A stretch of 16,284 nucleotides of DNA from an archaeon (GTDB lineage Archaea > Iainarchaeota > Iainarchaeia > Iainarchaeales > Iainarchaeaceae), in contig JBBSVV010000048.1 of assembly GCA_038046625.1 (NCBI GenBank), positions 1 to 16,284 on the forward strand, written 5' to 3'. This document shows, piece by piece, positions 1-9,479 of this stretch. The notes below the pieces were generated by a model. That model did no database searches, was not told where the DNA came from, and was given only the letters and a program-made list of their open reading frames with translations. Within the stretch, counting starts at the first letter, position 1. The number at the start of each line of letters is the position of its first letter. Made by a program: the position numbers and the translations under genes.

Positions 1-31
1 TAACTAATAGATTAAATGCAAAACCCCACAG

Positions 32-658
32 TTATTCCTTTTCCAGGAAAATGTTTACGCCCGCGGTTTGCTTTTTCCCGCTTTCATCATTTACATTCAC
101 TTCAAAGCCTTTGATTTTAATGTTCTTGAAGTTGCTTTTGCGGACCATCTGCTGCAGGGCCTTGATTTCTTTTTCACCGAGCTCGGCAAGGCCTTTTCCG
201 CCGATGTAAAGGTCCATTGTCCTGAAAGAAAGGAATGCCTTTCCGCCGCTTGTAAGCGAGCTGTAGATTTTTTCAACCATTTTTTCGGGCGCCCCTATTT
301 CATGCAAAGAGCGGAACGAAAAAACGAAATCGACCTCAAACGGAAACTCTGCTTCAAGCGCATCGCCGATAACCATTTTGTCGGGCATTTTCTCCGCGGC
401 AAGCAAATCCACGCCCATAGTGTGCACCTCTTCATCGAACCTCTTTTTCAGGTCAGCAAGGAAGCCGCCGTTTCCGCAGCCGATGTCCATTACGGTTACA
501 AATACCCTGTCCTCTAGGCGTTTTTCAACCATTTCCTCGATTGTTTCCTTGAAGCCCATGTTGCGGAAAAAGGAATTGTACCGCTCTAGCGAGTTCTCAA
601 CCTCGACAATCCCCAAGGAGTACTTTTTCACGTACTTTTTCACGGCCTCGTTGCGCAT
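32..658 (-). CDS. Class I SAM-dependent methyltransferase
   Basis: Motif I VMDIGCGNGGFL, acidic GVD after beta2, GDAL and SLHEI post-motif. Start moved from 703 to ATG 658 (MRNEAVKK) because a TTTAAA box at 686-681 lies about 23-28 nt upstream of it. Confidence 0.85.
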   Translation of the reverse strand: MRNEAVKKYVKKYSLGIVEVENSLERYNSFFRNMGFKETIEEMVEKRLEDRVFVTVMDIGCGNGGFLADLKKRFDEEVHTMGVDLLAAEKMPDKMVIGDALEAEFPFEVDFVFSFRSLHEIGAPEKMVEKIYSSLTSGGKAFLSFRTMDLYIGGKGLAELGEKEIKALQQMVRKSNFKNIKIKGFEVNVNDESGKKQTAGVNIFLEKE

Positions 659-768
659 GCAAAAAAGTGGTTTGGCAAGGTTTAAATAGGTTGGGCGCAG
701 CATTATTTAGACCCGCAAATGGGGCCTTTTCTTCGATTCCTCATTTCAATTTTTTCCGGAATTTTATC

Positions 769-821
769 TTCTCTTTCTTTTTCGCCAACGTTTTTCTTTC
801 TCTTTCGAAGAGAAAGAAAAA
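769..821. repeat. Perfect mirror repeat plus inverted repeat (potential intrastrand triplex / H-DNA motif)
   Basis: 769-782 TTCTCTTTCTTTTT is the exact mirror of 791-804 TTTTTCTTTCTCTT, and 808-821 AAGAGAAAGAAAAA is the exact reverse complement of 791-804. Confidence 0.85.
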
Positions 822-824
822 GGC

Positions 825-845
825 TGAAAGTTAAGTTTTTATTAA
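825..845 (+). promoter_or_regulatory. Putative BRE/TATA promoter of the pyr operon
   Basis: GAAAGTTAAG followed by TTTTTATTAA, about 16-35 nt upstream of the in-frame TTG starts at 861 and 873. Confidence 0.55.
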
Positions 846-2275
<1,430 letters not shown>

Positions 2276-2281
2276 TTCTGC

Positions 2282-3199
2282 TTGCTTGAAACAAAATTCT
2301 GCGGTCTCGAAATGAAGAACCCCACGAGGCTTGCCTCCGGAATACTCGGCGTAAACGCCGGCCAGCTCATAAGGGTTGCGAAGGAAGGTGCGGGCGCGGT
2401 AACGATGAAGAGCATTGGTCCGCGCGAGCACGAAGGGCACAAGAACCCGACAGTAATAGAGTGGGAGCATGGATTGATCAACGCGGTGGGATTGCCGACT
2501 CCCGGATACAAGAATTGTGATGATGAGTTCGAGGAACTGAAAGAGCTCAAAAAAATCAAAGTGCCTTTGATTGCGAGCATTTACGGAACGAAGTGGGAGG
2601 AATTCATAGAGGTTGCGCAGTACGTTGCCTCGAAGAAGCCGGATGCGATTGAGCTTGACATTTCCTGCCCCAACACAGAGTGGGGAGGAACGCAGTTCGC
2701 GTGCGACCCGAAACTTTCAGGCAAAATAGTTTCCGAAGTGAAGAATGCGTGCGGAAAAATCCCATTGATTGCGAAACTTACTCCCGCAGCCAATTCCCCT
2801 GTTGAAGTGGGTGTTGCCTGCGAGGAGGCAGGCGCGGACGCGATTTGCGCGGGAAACACGATGCCGGGCATGATAATCAATGCTGATGCTATGAGGCCTG
2901 TGCTCGCTTTCAAAAAGGGCGGTATCAGCGGCCCCGCACTCAAGCCTATCAACCTGAAAATCACTTACGAGCTTTACGAAAAAATAAAAATTCCGATTAT
3001 AGGCGAGGGTGGAATCGGAAGCGGCAATGACGCCTTGGAGTACATAATGGCCGGCGCAACCCTGTGTGGGATAGGAAGCGCTGTGTGGCAGTCAGGCACA
3101 GGAGTTTTCAAAAAAACCTGCAATGAAATGGATGCATGGATGAAGGAAAACGGGTTTTCAAATCTGGAAAAATTGCGGGGAATCGCGCATGAAAAGTGA
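2282..3199 (+). CDS. pyrD: Dihydroorotate dehydrogenase family 1B catalytic subunit
   Basis: KNP..LASG, TMKS, NAVGL, ISCPN, AKLTP, GGISGPALKP, IPIIGEGGI and IMAGA motifs. Followed by pyrK. Confidence 0.96.
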   Translation: MLETKFCGLEMKNPTRLASGILGVNAGQLIRVAKEGAGAVTMKSIGPREHEGHKNPTVIEWEHGLINAVGLPTPGYKNCDDEFEELKELKKIKVPLIASIYGTKWEEFIEVAQYVASKKPDAIELDISCPNTEWGGTQFACDPKLSGKIVSEVKNACGKIPLIAKLTPAANSPVEVGVACEEAGADAICAGNTMPGMIINADAMRPVLAFKKGGISGPALKPINLKITYELYEKIKIPIIGEGGIGSGNDALEYIMAGATLCGIGSAVWQSGTGVFKKTCNEMDAWMKENGFSNLEKLRGIAHEK

Positions 3200-4076
3200 A
3201 GAAAAGGAAAATGAGAATGGTGATTGCGGCCGTTGCGGTTGTAAATGCGAAAGCGAAAAGTGGCCTTCGCACACAAAAATGCGCATGGTTGAAATCGAGA
3301 AAGTGCGGGAAGAATTTTCCGGCAACATGACGTTTTACATGGATGAGGAACTTTGCTTCGAGCCGGGGCAGTTTGCAATGGTCTGGCTTCCCGGCATTGA
3401 AGAGAAGCCGATTGCGTTGATTCCGAGCGGGAAAAAATACGCCTTGAACATCGAGGGCAAGGGCGAAGCCACAAAAAAAATGCTTTCCCTGAAAAAGGGC
3501 GGCAAGTTAGGCGTCAGGGGGCCTTATGGAAGGGGCTTCAGCACACATGGGGTGAAGAAAGCCGCAATTGTTGCGGGTGGAGTGGGAATTGATTCGATTG
3601 TTTTGCTATCACAGAAACTCAAGGAAAACGGGTGCAAGGCAAAAATAATCCTCGGCGGCAGAAACAAAGAAAGGATTGTGTTCGAGAAGGAGCTGAAACA
3701 ACACGGGGAAATATACATAACAACTGATGACGGTTCTTACGGGGAAAAAGGTTACAATGTGCAGGTGCTCGAGAGGCTGCTTGCAAAGGAAAAGTTCGAC
3801 ATTATTTACGCGTGCGGCCCGGAAATAATGACCTTAAAGGCTTTTGAAATAGCACAGAAATTCAAGACGCGCTTCGAGGGCTCGCTGGAAAGGTACATGA
3901 AGTGCGGCATAGGAATCTGCGGCGAGTGCGTAATCAATGACAAGCTGGTTTGCTCGGACGGCCCGGTTTTCAACGAAAAGGAACTTTCAAAGCTCACTGA
4001 ATTCGGGAAAACGGCTTATTTGAAAAGCGGGCGCAGGGTTTCGCTGAAGGAATACTACGAGTGGCGGTCGCATTGA
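3189..4076 (+). CDS. pyrK: Dihydroorotate dehydrogenase electron transfer subunit (FAD, 2Fe-2S)
   Basis: FEPGQFAMVW, VRGPYGRGF, VAGGVG, TDDGSYG, YACGPE and MKCGIGICGEC..VCSDGPVF. An alternative start at ATG 3279 is possible. Confidence 0.95.
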   Translation: MKSEEKENENGDCGRCGCKCESEKWPSHTKMRMVEIEKVREEFSGNMTFYMDEELCFEPGQFAMVWLPGIEEKPIALIPSGKKYALNIEGKGEATKKMLSLKKGGKLGVRGPYGRGFSTHGVKKAAIVAGGVGIDSIVLLSQKLKENGCKAKIILGGRNKERIVFEKELKQHGEIYITTDDGSYGEKGYNVQVLERLLAKEKFDIIYACGPEIMTLKAFEIAQKFKTRFEGSLERYMKCGIGICGECVINDKLVCSDGPVFNEKELSKLTEFGKTAYLKSGRRVSLKEYYEWRSH

Positions 4077-5338
4077 GTCTCGCACTGAACAATGGCAAGG
4101 CTTTTGTCAACGGAAAACTCTCAATGCTGAACATCCTCATTGAAGGAAAAAAAATTTCGGGGATTTCAAAAAAGAGGTTCGGCACCGAAAAGGAAATAGA
4201 TTGCAACGGCAAAATCATTCTGCCCGGCGCAATTGATGCGCACGTGCATTTCAGGTGCCCGGGCTTTGAACACAAGGAAGACTGGTTTTCTGGCTCGCTC
4301 GCGGCACTGCACGGCGGCATTACCACTGTGATGGACATGCCGAACACAAAGCCCGCGACAGATTCAAGGAATGCGCTCGAGGAGAAAAGGGCGATTGCGA
4401 AAGATGCAATGGTGAACAAGGATTTTTTTGTCGCGGCAACAAACGAGAATCTGCAGGAGATTGCCTCTATCCCGGATTTGCGCGGAGTGAAGGTTTACTA
4501 TGGCCCGACAACAGGAAACATACTCTTCAATGACTCCGCAAAGCTCGCGGAATTGTTCAGGCTCTCAAAGAAAAACGGTTTTGTGGTTGTTGTGCATGCC
4601 GAAGATGAGGAAACAATTTCTCGGAACGCAAAAAAGTTTGCCGGAATAGAGGATGCTTCTGTGCACGAAAAAATCGGGAGCGAGGAAGCCGAGGCAAAGG
4701 CCATCGCGGGGCTGATTGAACTGCACAAAAAAAACGGCGGCAAGCTGCACATTGCGCACGTGTCCTCGCGCAAAGGAATTCAGCTGATTGCAAGGGCAAA
4801 GAAAACCAAATCAGGAAAAAACCTCACGTGCGAGGCCACACCGAACCACCTTTTTTTGGATTCAAGCGCATACAAAAAACTCGGAAATTTAGTGAAATGC
4901 AATCCTTCCATAAAAAGCGCAGTACACAGGAAAGCGCTGTGGAAAGCGTTCGTCAAAGGAACCATTGATATTGTCGCGACGGACCACGCGCCGCACACGC
5001 AGGAAGAAAAAGCGAAGAAATATTCCGAGGCGCCTTCAGGAATCCCGGGGGTTGAAACAATGCTCCCGCTGCTTTTGGATGCGGTGAGCAGGAAGAAAAT
5101 TCCATTGAAAAGGGTTGTCGAAGCGGTTTCCGAAAAGCCGGCGCAAATTTTCAATTGGAAAACCAAGGGGCTCATAAAAAAGGGTTTTGATGCCGATTTG
5201 GTGATTATAGATATGAAAAAGGCTTTTACCGTGAAAAACGAGGAGCTTTTCACCAAGGCAAAGTATTCCCCTTTCAACGGACAAAGGTTAAAATGCTTTA
5301 TCGCGCAGGCTATTGTCGGGGGACAGCCTTATGGATGA
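4073..5338 (+). CDS. pyrC: Dihydroorotase (amidohydrolase superfamily)
   Basis: LPGAIDAHVHFR, GGITTVMDMPNT, HAED, HIAHVSS, CEATPNHL, IVATDHAPH and GFDADL motifs. TTG at 4073 gives a TTGA overlap with the pyrK stop. Confidence 0.95.
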   Translation: MSLALNNGKAFVNGKLSMLNILIEGKKISGISKKRFGTEKEIDCNGKIILPGAIDAHVHFRCPGFEHKEDWFSGSLAALHGGITTVMDMPNTKPATDSRNALEEKRAIAKDAMVNKDFFVAATNENLQEIASIPDLRGVKVYYGPTTGNILFNDSAKLAELFRLSKKNGFVVVVHAEDEETISRNAKKFAGIEDASVHEKIGSEEAEAKAIAGLIELHKKNGGKLHIAHVSSRKGIQLIARAKKTKSGKNLTCEATPNHLFLDSSAYKKLGNLVKCNPSIKSAVHRKALWKAFVKGTIDIVATDHAPHTQEEKAKKYSEAPSGIPGVETMLPLLLDAVSRKKIPLKRVVEAVSEKPAQIFNWKTKGLIKKGFDADLVIIDMKKAFTVKNEELFTKAKYSPFNGQRLKCFIAQAIVGGQPYG

Positions 5339-5954
5339 ACGCACTGAACTGGCTTTGAAGCTGCAGGAAATAGGCGCGATAAAATTCGGCCTGTTCACGC
5401 TGAAATCAGGGCTGAAAAGCCCCGTGTATGTTGACCTGAGGCTTCTTATCTCATATCCCGATGCCTTGAAGCTCGTGGCAAAATTGCTCGCAAAAAAAGC
5501 CGAGTCGGAAAAGCTCGAGTTTGATGCGATTGCGGGAATTCCTTTTGCGGCTATTTCGATTGCCACAGCGGTTTCGCTGGAGAAAAACTGGCGCATGGTT
5601 TTTCCGAGGAAAGAACAGAAGGAGTACGGCACCAAAGTGAGTGTCGAGGGCAAGTATTCAAAGGGGGAAACGATTCTCGTGATTGACGATTTGATTACCA
5701 CAGGCGGAAGCAAGTTCGAGGCAATCGCGCCCCTGGAAAAAGAGGGTTTGCGCGTGAAGGACATTTTGGTTTTGGTTGACCGCGAGCAGGGCGGCAAAAA
5801 GGAACTATTGAAGGAAAACTACCGTTTGCATTCGGTGTTCAAAATTACGGAGTTGCTTGAACTGCTGAATGAAAATGGAAAGATTGACTCGCTGCTTTAC
5901 GACAGCGCAAAGGAATACTTCGCAAACCCGGAGAAATGGGGCGAGGGCAAATGA
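5331..5954 (+). CDS. pyrE: Orotate phosphoribosyltransferase
   Basis: FTLKSGLKSPVYVDLR, RKEQKEYG, PRPP motif VIDDLITTGGS and LVDREQGG. ATG 5331 overlaps the end of pyrC. Confidence 0.97.
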   Translation: MDERTELALKLQEIGAIKFGLFTLKSGLKSPVYVDLRLLISYPDALKLVAKLLAKKAESEKLEFDAIAGIPFAAISIATAVSLEKNWRMVFPRKEQKEYGTKVSVEGKYSKGETILVIDDLITTGGSKFEAIAPLEKEGLRVKDILVLVDREQGGKKELLKENYRLHSVFKITELLELLNENGKIDSLLYDSAKEYFANPEKWGEGK

Positions 5955-6259
5955 CAGAGCAATTTTTCAGCAACGAAGAAATGGATCGAATTTTCCGAAT
6001 AATCAAGAGTGATAGTGCTGTGGTCCACAAAGCCAAGGAACTGCAGGCACTGGTGGATGCGATTAGCAGAGAAAGGCGAATCGAAAAAGCTAAAGTGAGA
6101 AGACAGATTGCAGAGTCTTTGGGCTTTAAAGGGCACCTTCGCAAGCTGATTTTATTGCCAAAAAGAGTAGGGCAAAGAAGGGACAAGGGGGAAACTGAAA
6201 AATGGCTTATTAAAGATATTGGCCGGCGCCCTAAAAGCCTGAGGAGGCCAAGAGCGTGA
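5951..6259 (+). CDS. Small basic hypothetical protein inside the pyr operon
   Basis: ATGA overlap with the pyrE stop and GTGA overlap with the pyrF start, filling the gap exactly. K/R-rich, no recognisable motif. Confidence 0.7.
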   Translation: MTEQFFSNEEMDRIFRIIKSDSAVVHKAKELQALVDAISRERRIEKAKVRRQIAESLGFKGHLRKLILLPKRVGQRRDKGETEKWLIKDIGRRPKSLRRPRA

Positions 6260-6969
6260 AGCAAATCATAAAACTACCGAGGAGCATTGTGCCTGCATGT
6301 GACTTCAGCTCATTGAAGGAACTCGAGTCACTCGTGAAGGAAATAGATTCCGTTGAAGGAATCGGCGCTTACAAAGTGGGTTTTGAATTGGGTTTGGTGC
6401 ACGGCCTGCCGAAGGTTGTCGAGACAGCGAGGAAGCACAGCAGCAAGCCGATTATTTACGATCACCAAAAAGCCGGAACCGATGTCCCTTTCATGGGAGA
6501 AAATTTTGCAAAGGTCTGCAAAGGCGCAGGCATTGACGCCGTGATTCTTTTTCCCCAGGCCGGCCCGGAAACGGAGAAAGCCTGGATAAAGGCATGCTTG
6601 AAGGAAGGCCTCGGTGTGATTGTGGGCGGCGAGATGACGCATCCGGGCTATCTTGAGGCGGAGAACGGTTTTCTGATGAACTCGGCTCCGCGGAGAATGT
6701 ATGAAACCGCGATTGCGGAAGGAATCACTGAATTCGTTGTTCCGGGCAACAAGCCGGAAAAAATAATTGAATACCGCAAATTGTTCGAATCAAAAAAGGT
6801 CGATGCTACCCTTTATTCCCCAGGTTTGGTTTCGCAGGGCGGAAGCATTTCCGATTCCGGAAAAGCCGCCGGAGAAAAGTGGCACGCGATTGTAGGAAGG
6901 GCGCTTTACAAGGCGAAGGATAAAAGGAAAGCCGCGCTCGAACTTTGCAGGGAACTCGGCCCAAAATAA
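6256..6969 (+). CDS. pyrF: Orotidine-5'-phosphate decarboxylase (divergent OMPDC/HUMPS-fold)
   Basis: IVPACD, YKVG, D..K...D motif (DHQKAGTD), SPGLVSQGG and IVGRALY. Last gene of the pyr operon. Confidence 0.88.
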   Translation: MKQIIKLPRSIVPACDFSSLKELESLVKEIDSVEGIGAYKVGFELGLVHGLPKVVETARKHSSKPIIYDHQKAGTDVPFMGENFAKVCKGAGIDAVILFPQAGPETEKAWIKACLKEGLGVIVGGEMTHPGYLEAENGFLMNSAPRRMYETAIAEGITEFVVPGNKPEKIIEYRKLFESKKVDATLYSPGLVSQGGSISDSGKAAGEKWHAIVGRALYKAKDKRKAALELCRELGPK

Positions 6970-7062
6970 TATCAAAAGACATTATTTTCAATAAAATTCC
7001 ATGATGCCTTTTGATACCTATCAAAGGACAAATTTTACAAGTATTTTTGTCCTTTTATATAA
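6970..7062. promoter_or_regulatory. Tandem inverted repeats (four related half-sites) overlapping the AMP phosphorylase TATA box
   Basis: 6970-6984 pairs with 7002-7016 (13/15) and 7019-7032 pairs with 7046-7059 (13/14). TTTTATATAA at 7053-7062. Confidence 0.6.
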
Positions 7063-7093
7063 CCTTTAAAAATCGGGACTGCTTATTCTTAAC

Positions 7094-8635
7094 ATGGAAA
7101 AAAATGCAGGCAATGGCTCTAGCTACTCGCAGATGCTCAAGGTAAAGACCATAGACATACTCTCCGGAAAACTTATTGTCATCCTGAACAAAATAGACGC
7201 AAAGGAACTCGGTTTGCTGCCTCTGGACAGGGTTGAAATAACGAATCCGCGCAACAAGAAGGCCACGAACGCGGTTGTCGACGTGACTGATTCGCTTACA
7301 GGAGAAGACGAAATAGGGATTTTCAAGGACGTGCAGGAGCTTTTGGGGGTGAAGGACGGCGCCGAGGTTGAGGTGAGGCCAAGCGGAAAGCCGAGAAGCA
7401 TTGAGTTCATCAAGGCGAAGCTCGACGGAAAACCCCTGAACCAGGAGCAGTTGAAGTGCATTATTGATGACATTGCCTCGAACAGGCTGAGTGAAGTGGA
7501 GACAACGGCGTTTGTTTCCGCAATCTATATGCACGGCCTCGACCTCGAGGAAACCGTCTCCATGACAAAGGCGCTCATTGAAAATGGCAAAAAACTCGAG
7601 ATAGCCGACACGCTTTGCGTTGACAAGCATTCCATCGGCGGCACAAACGGGCGCGCGACAATGATAATTGTCCCGATAATTGCGGCCGCGGGCTACTGCA
7701 TACCAAAAACATCATCGAGGTCGATTACCTCGGCATCCGGAACCGCAGATGCAATGGAAGTGCTGGCAAACGTGTCACTTACTTTAGATGAGATAAGGAA
7801 TGTCGTGAAAAAAACCAGCGGGTGCATCGTGTGGGGCGGCGCGGTTGAACTGGCGCCAGCGGACGACAAAATAATAAAAATCGAATATCCTCTTTCCCTT
7901 GACCCTGAAGGGCAGGTGATTGCTTCTGTAATGGCGAAAAAAGCGAGCGTCGGCGCAAAATACGTCGTAATAGATTTGCCGATCGGCCCTTACGTGAAAA
8001 TAAAGTCCCGCGAAAAGGCAGAGTTAATGGCCCTGAAGTTCATTGAGGTAGGGAAAAAGCTCGGCATAAGGGTCGAGGTTGTGCTTACAAACGGCTCGGA
8101 ACCGAGCGGGCGCGCATTCGGGCCCGCATTGGAGGCGAAGTACGCGCTTGAAATACTTGAGGGAAAGTTCTTCGACAACCTCGCGCAGAAGTCAGTTGAA
8201 TTGTCGGGTGCGCTCCTTGAGCTTGTTGGGGATGTCCCAAAAGGCAGCGGCTTTGAAAAGGCGCTCAGCATCCTGCAGTCCGGAAAGGCGCTTGAAAAAA
8301 TGAAGGAAATAATAAGGGCGCAGGGAGAAAAAATAAATTCTTCCAAAGAAATCGAATTTGCGCAATTCAAGACGCAGATTATTTCGCAGGACTCCGGGGA
8401 AATAAGCTCGATTAACGTCGGCTTGCTTAACAGGATAGCGAGAATGGCGGGAGCGCCCGCAAACAAGAAGGCCGGCGTAATGCTTTTGGTGAAGAACGGC
8501 GAAAAAGTTTCGAATGGCCAGCCGCTTTTCGAGATTTACGCGGAGAACGAGAGGAAACTTTATTCGGCGCATAATTTTGCGAAGAACAGCCCAGTGATTG
8601 AGCTGCAAAGAATCATTCTGGAAAAATTTTCCTGA
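7094..8635 (+). CDS. deoA: AMP phosphorylase (archaeal thymidine phosphorylase family, N-terminal double-psi barrel)
   Basis: N-terminal DAKELGLLPLDRVEI domain, DKHSIGG, PKTSSRSITSASGTAD, WGGAVELAPADD..I.IEYPLSLD, ASVMAKK and IARMAGAP. Confidence 0.95.
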   Translation: MEKNAGNGSSYSQMLKVKTIDILSGKLIVILNKIDAKELGLLPLDRVEITNPRNKKATNAVVDVTDSLTGEDEIGIFKDVQELLGVKDGAEVEVRPSGKPRSIEFIKAKLDGKPLNQEQLKCIIDDIASNRLSEVETTAFVSAIYMHGLDLEETVSMTKALIENGKKLEIADTLCVDKHSIGGTNGRATMIIVPIIAAAGYCIPKTSSRSITSASGTADAMEVLANVSLTLDEIRNVVKKTSGCIVWGGAVELAPADDKIIKIEYPLSLDPEGQVIASVMAKKASVGAKYVVIDLPIGPYVKIKSREKAELMALKFIEVGKKLGIRVEVVLTNGSEPSGRAFGPALEAKYALEILEGKFFDNLAQKSVELSGALLELVGDVPKGSGFEKALSILQSGKALEKMKEIIRAQGEKINSSKEIEFAQFKTQIISQDSGEISSINVGLLNRIARMAGAPANKKAGVMLLVKNGEKVSNGQPLFEIYAENERKLYSAHNFAKNSPVIELQRIILEKFS

Positions 8636-9443
8636 AAACATTCGCGAGTTCCGCGCTTTCAAGCACATTGGTTTTCGCTTCAAGCAGCTTTGCACCGACT
8701 TTTGCCATTGCTTTTTTATAGTCCTTTACCCCGAGGCTCGCGCCCGACTCCTTCAGCGCGTTCTGCAGCGCATTCGAGAGGTTCTTGTTCTTGAACCTGA
8801 AGAGGCTCTTGAGGAAAGCCGCGAGCCTTTCGGTTTGTTTCCTTGAAAAGCCGTGCTTTTTGCCGCGGAGCACCATCATTGCGGAGTAAGTAACCGGTTT
8901 TGGAAAAAAGGCTTTCGGGTAGATGCTGTGCATGACCACTTCCTTGCCGAACAGCAAATCCGTCAGCACGGAAAGATGGCCGCGCGAATGAAAGCCCGGT
9001 TCGGAAACTATTTTTTCCACGAACTCGCGCTGGAAAACAACCACGGCCATTTTGAATTCCAGGAAGCAGATTTTCGTCATTATTTCCGAGGAAATGTTGA
9101 ATGGGGGAAGCGAAACTATCTTCGTTATTTTCGGCAATTCGGCATCCAGAAAATCGCCCTCAATCAGCGTGAAGTTTTTGTTTCCCGAAAACCTTTCCCT
9201 GAGGGCTTCGCATAGCAATTGGTCCTTTTCAACGCAAACCACTTTGCAGTACTGCAGAAGCTTTTCCGTGAGAAAGCCCGTGCCTCCCCCTATTTCAAGC
9301 ACGACATCCTTTTGGGTTAGCTCGGCCTCCTCAACCATCCTGAGAATGACGGCTTCGTCTATGATGAAGTTCTGCCCGAGCCTGTGGTTCGGCCTGAACC
9401 TGTGCCGGATCATCTGGTTCTGGAGGTCTGAAAGAAGGCTCAT
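8613..9443 (-). CDS. rsmA: 16S rRNA adenine dimethyltransferase RsmA/KsgA/Dim1
   Basis: LGQNFIID, VLEIGGGTGFLT, VEKD, GDFL, FQREF and FFPKP motifs. Conserved archaeal synteny with DUF655, rpoF and rpl21e. Overlaps the convergent AMP phosphorylase 3' end by 23 bp. Confidence 0.93.
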   Translation of the reverse strand: MSLLSDLQNQMIRHRFRPNHRLGQNFIIDEAVILRMVEEAELTQKDVVLEIGGGTGFLTEKLLQYCKVVCVEKDQLLCEALRERFSGNKNFTLIEGDFLDAELPKITKIVSLPPFNISSEIMTKICFLEFKMAVVVFQREFVEKIVSEPGFHSRGHLSVLTDLLFGKEVVMHSIYPKAFFPKPVTYSAMMVLRGKKHGFSRKQTERLAAFLKSLFRFKNKNLSNALQNALKESGASLGVKDYKKAMAKVGAKLLEAKTNVLESAELANVFRKIFPE

Positions 9444-9463
9444 AAGGATTTAAAGCATTTGCA

Positions 9464-9479
9464 ATTTTTTAAACTTACT
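9464..9479 (-). promoter_or_regulatory. Putative TATA box of a leaderless rsmA transcript
   Basis: Minus strand reads AGTAAG-TTTAAAAAAT, with the TTTAAAAA box about 23-30 nt upstream of ATG 9443. Confidence 0.5.
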
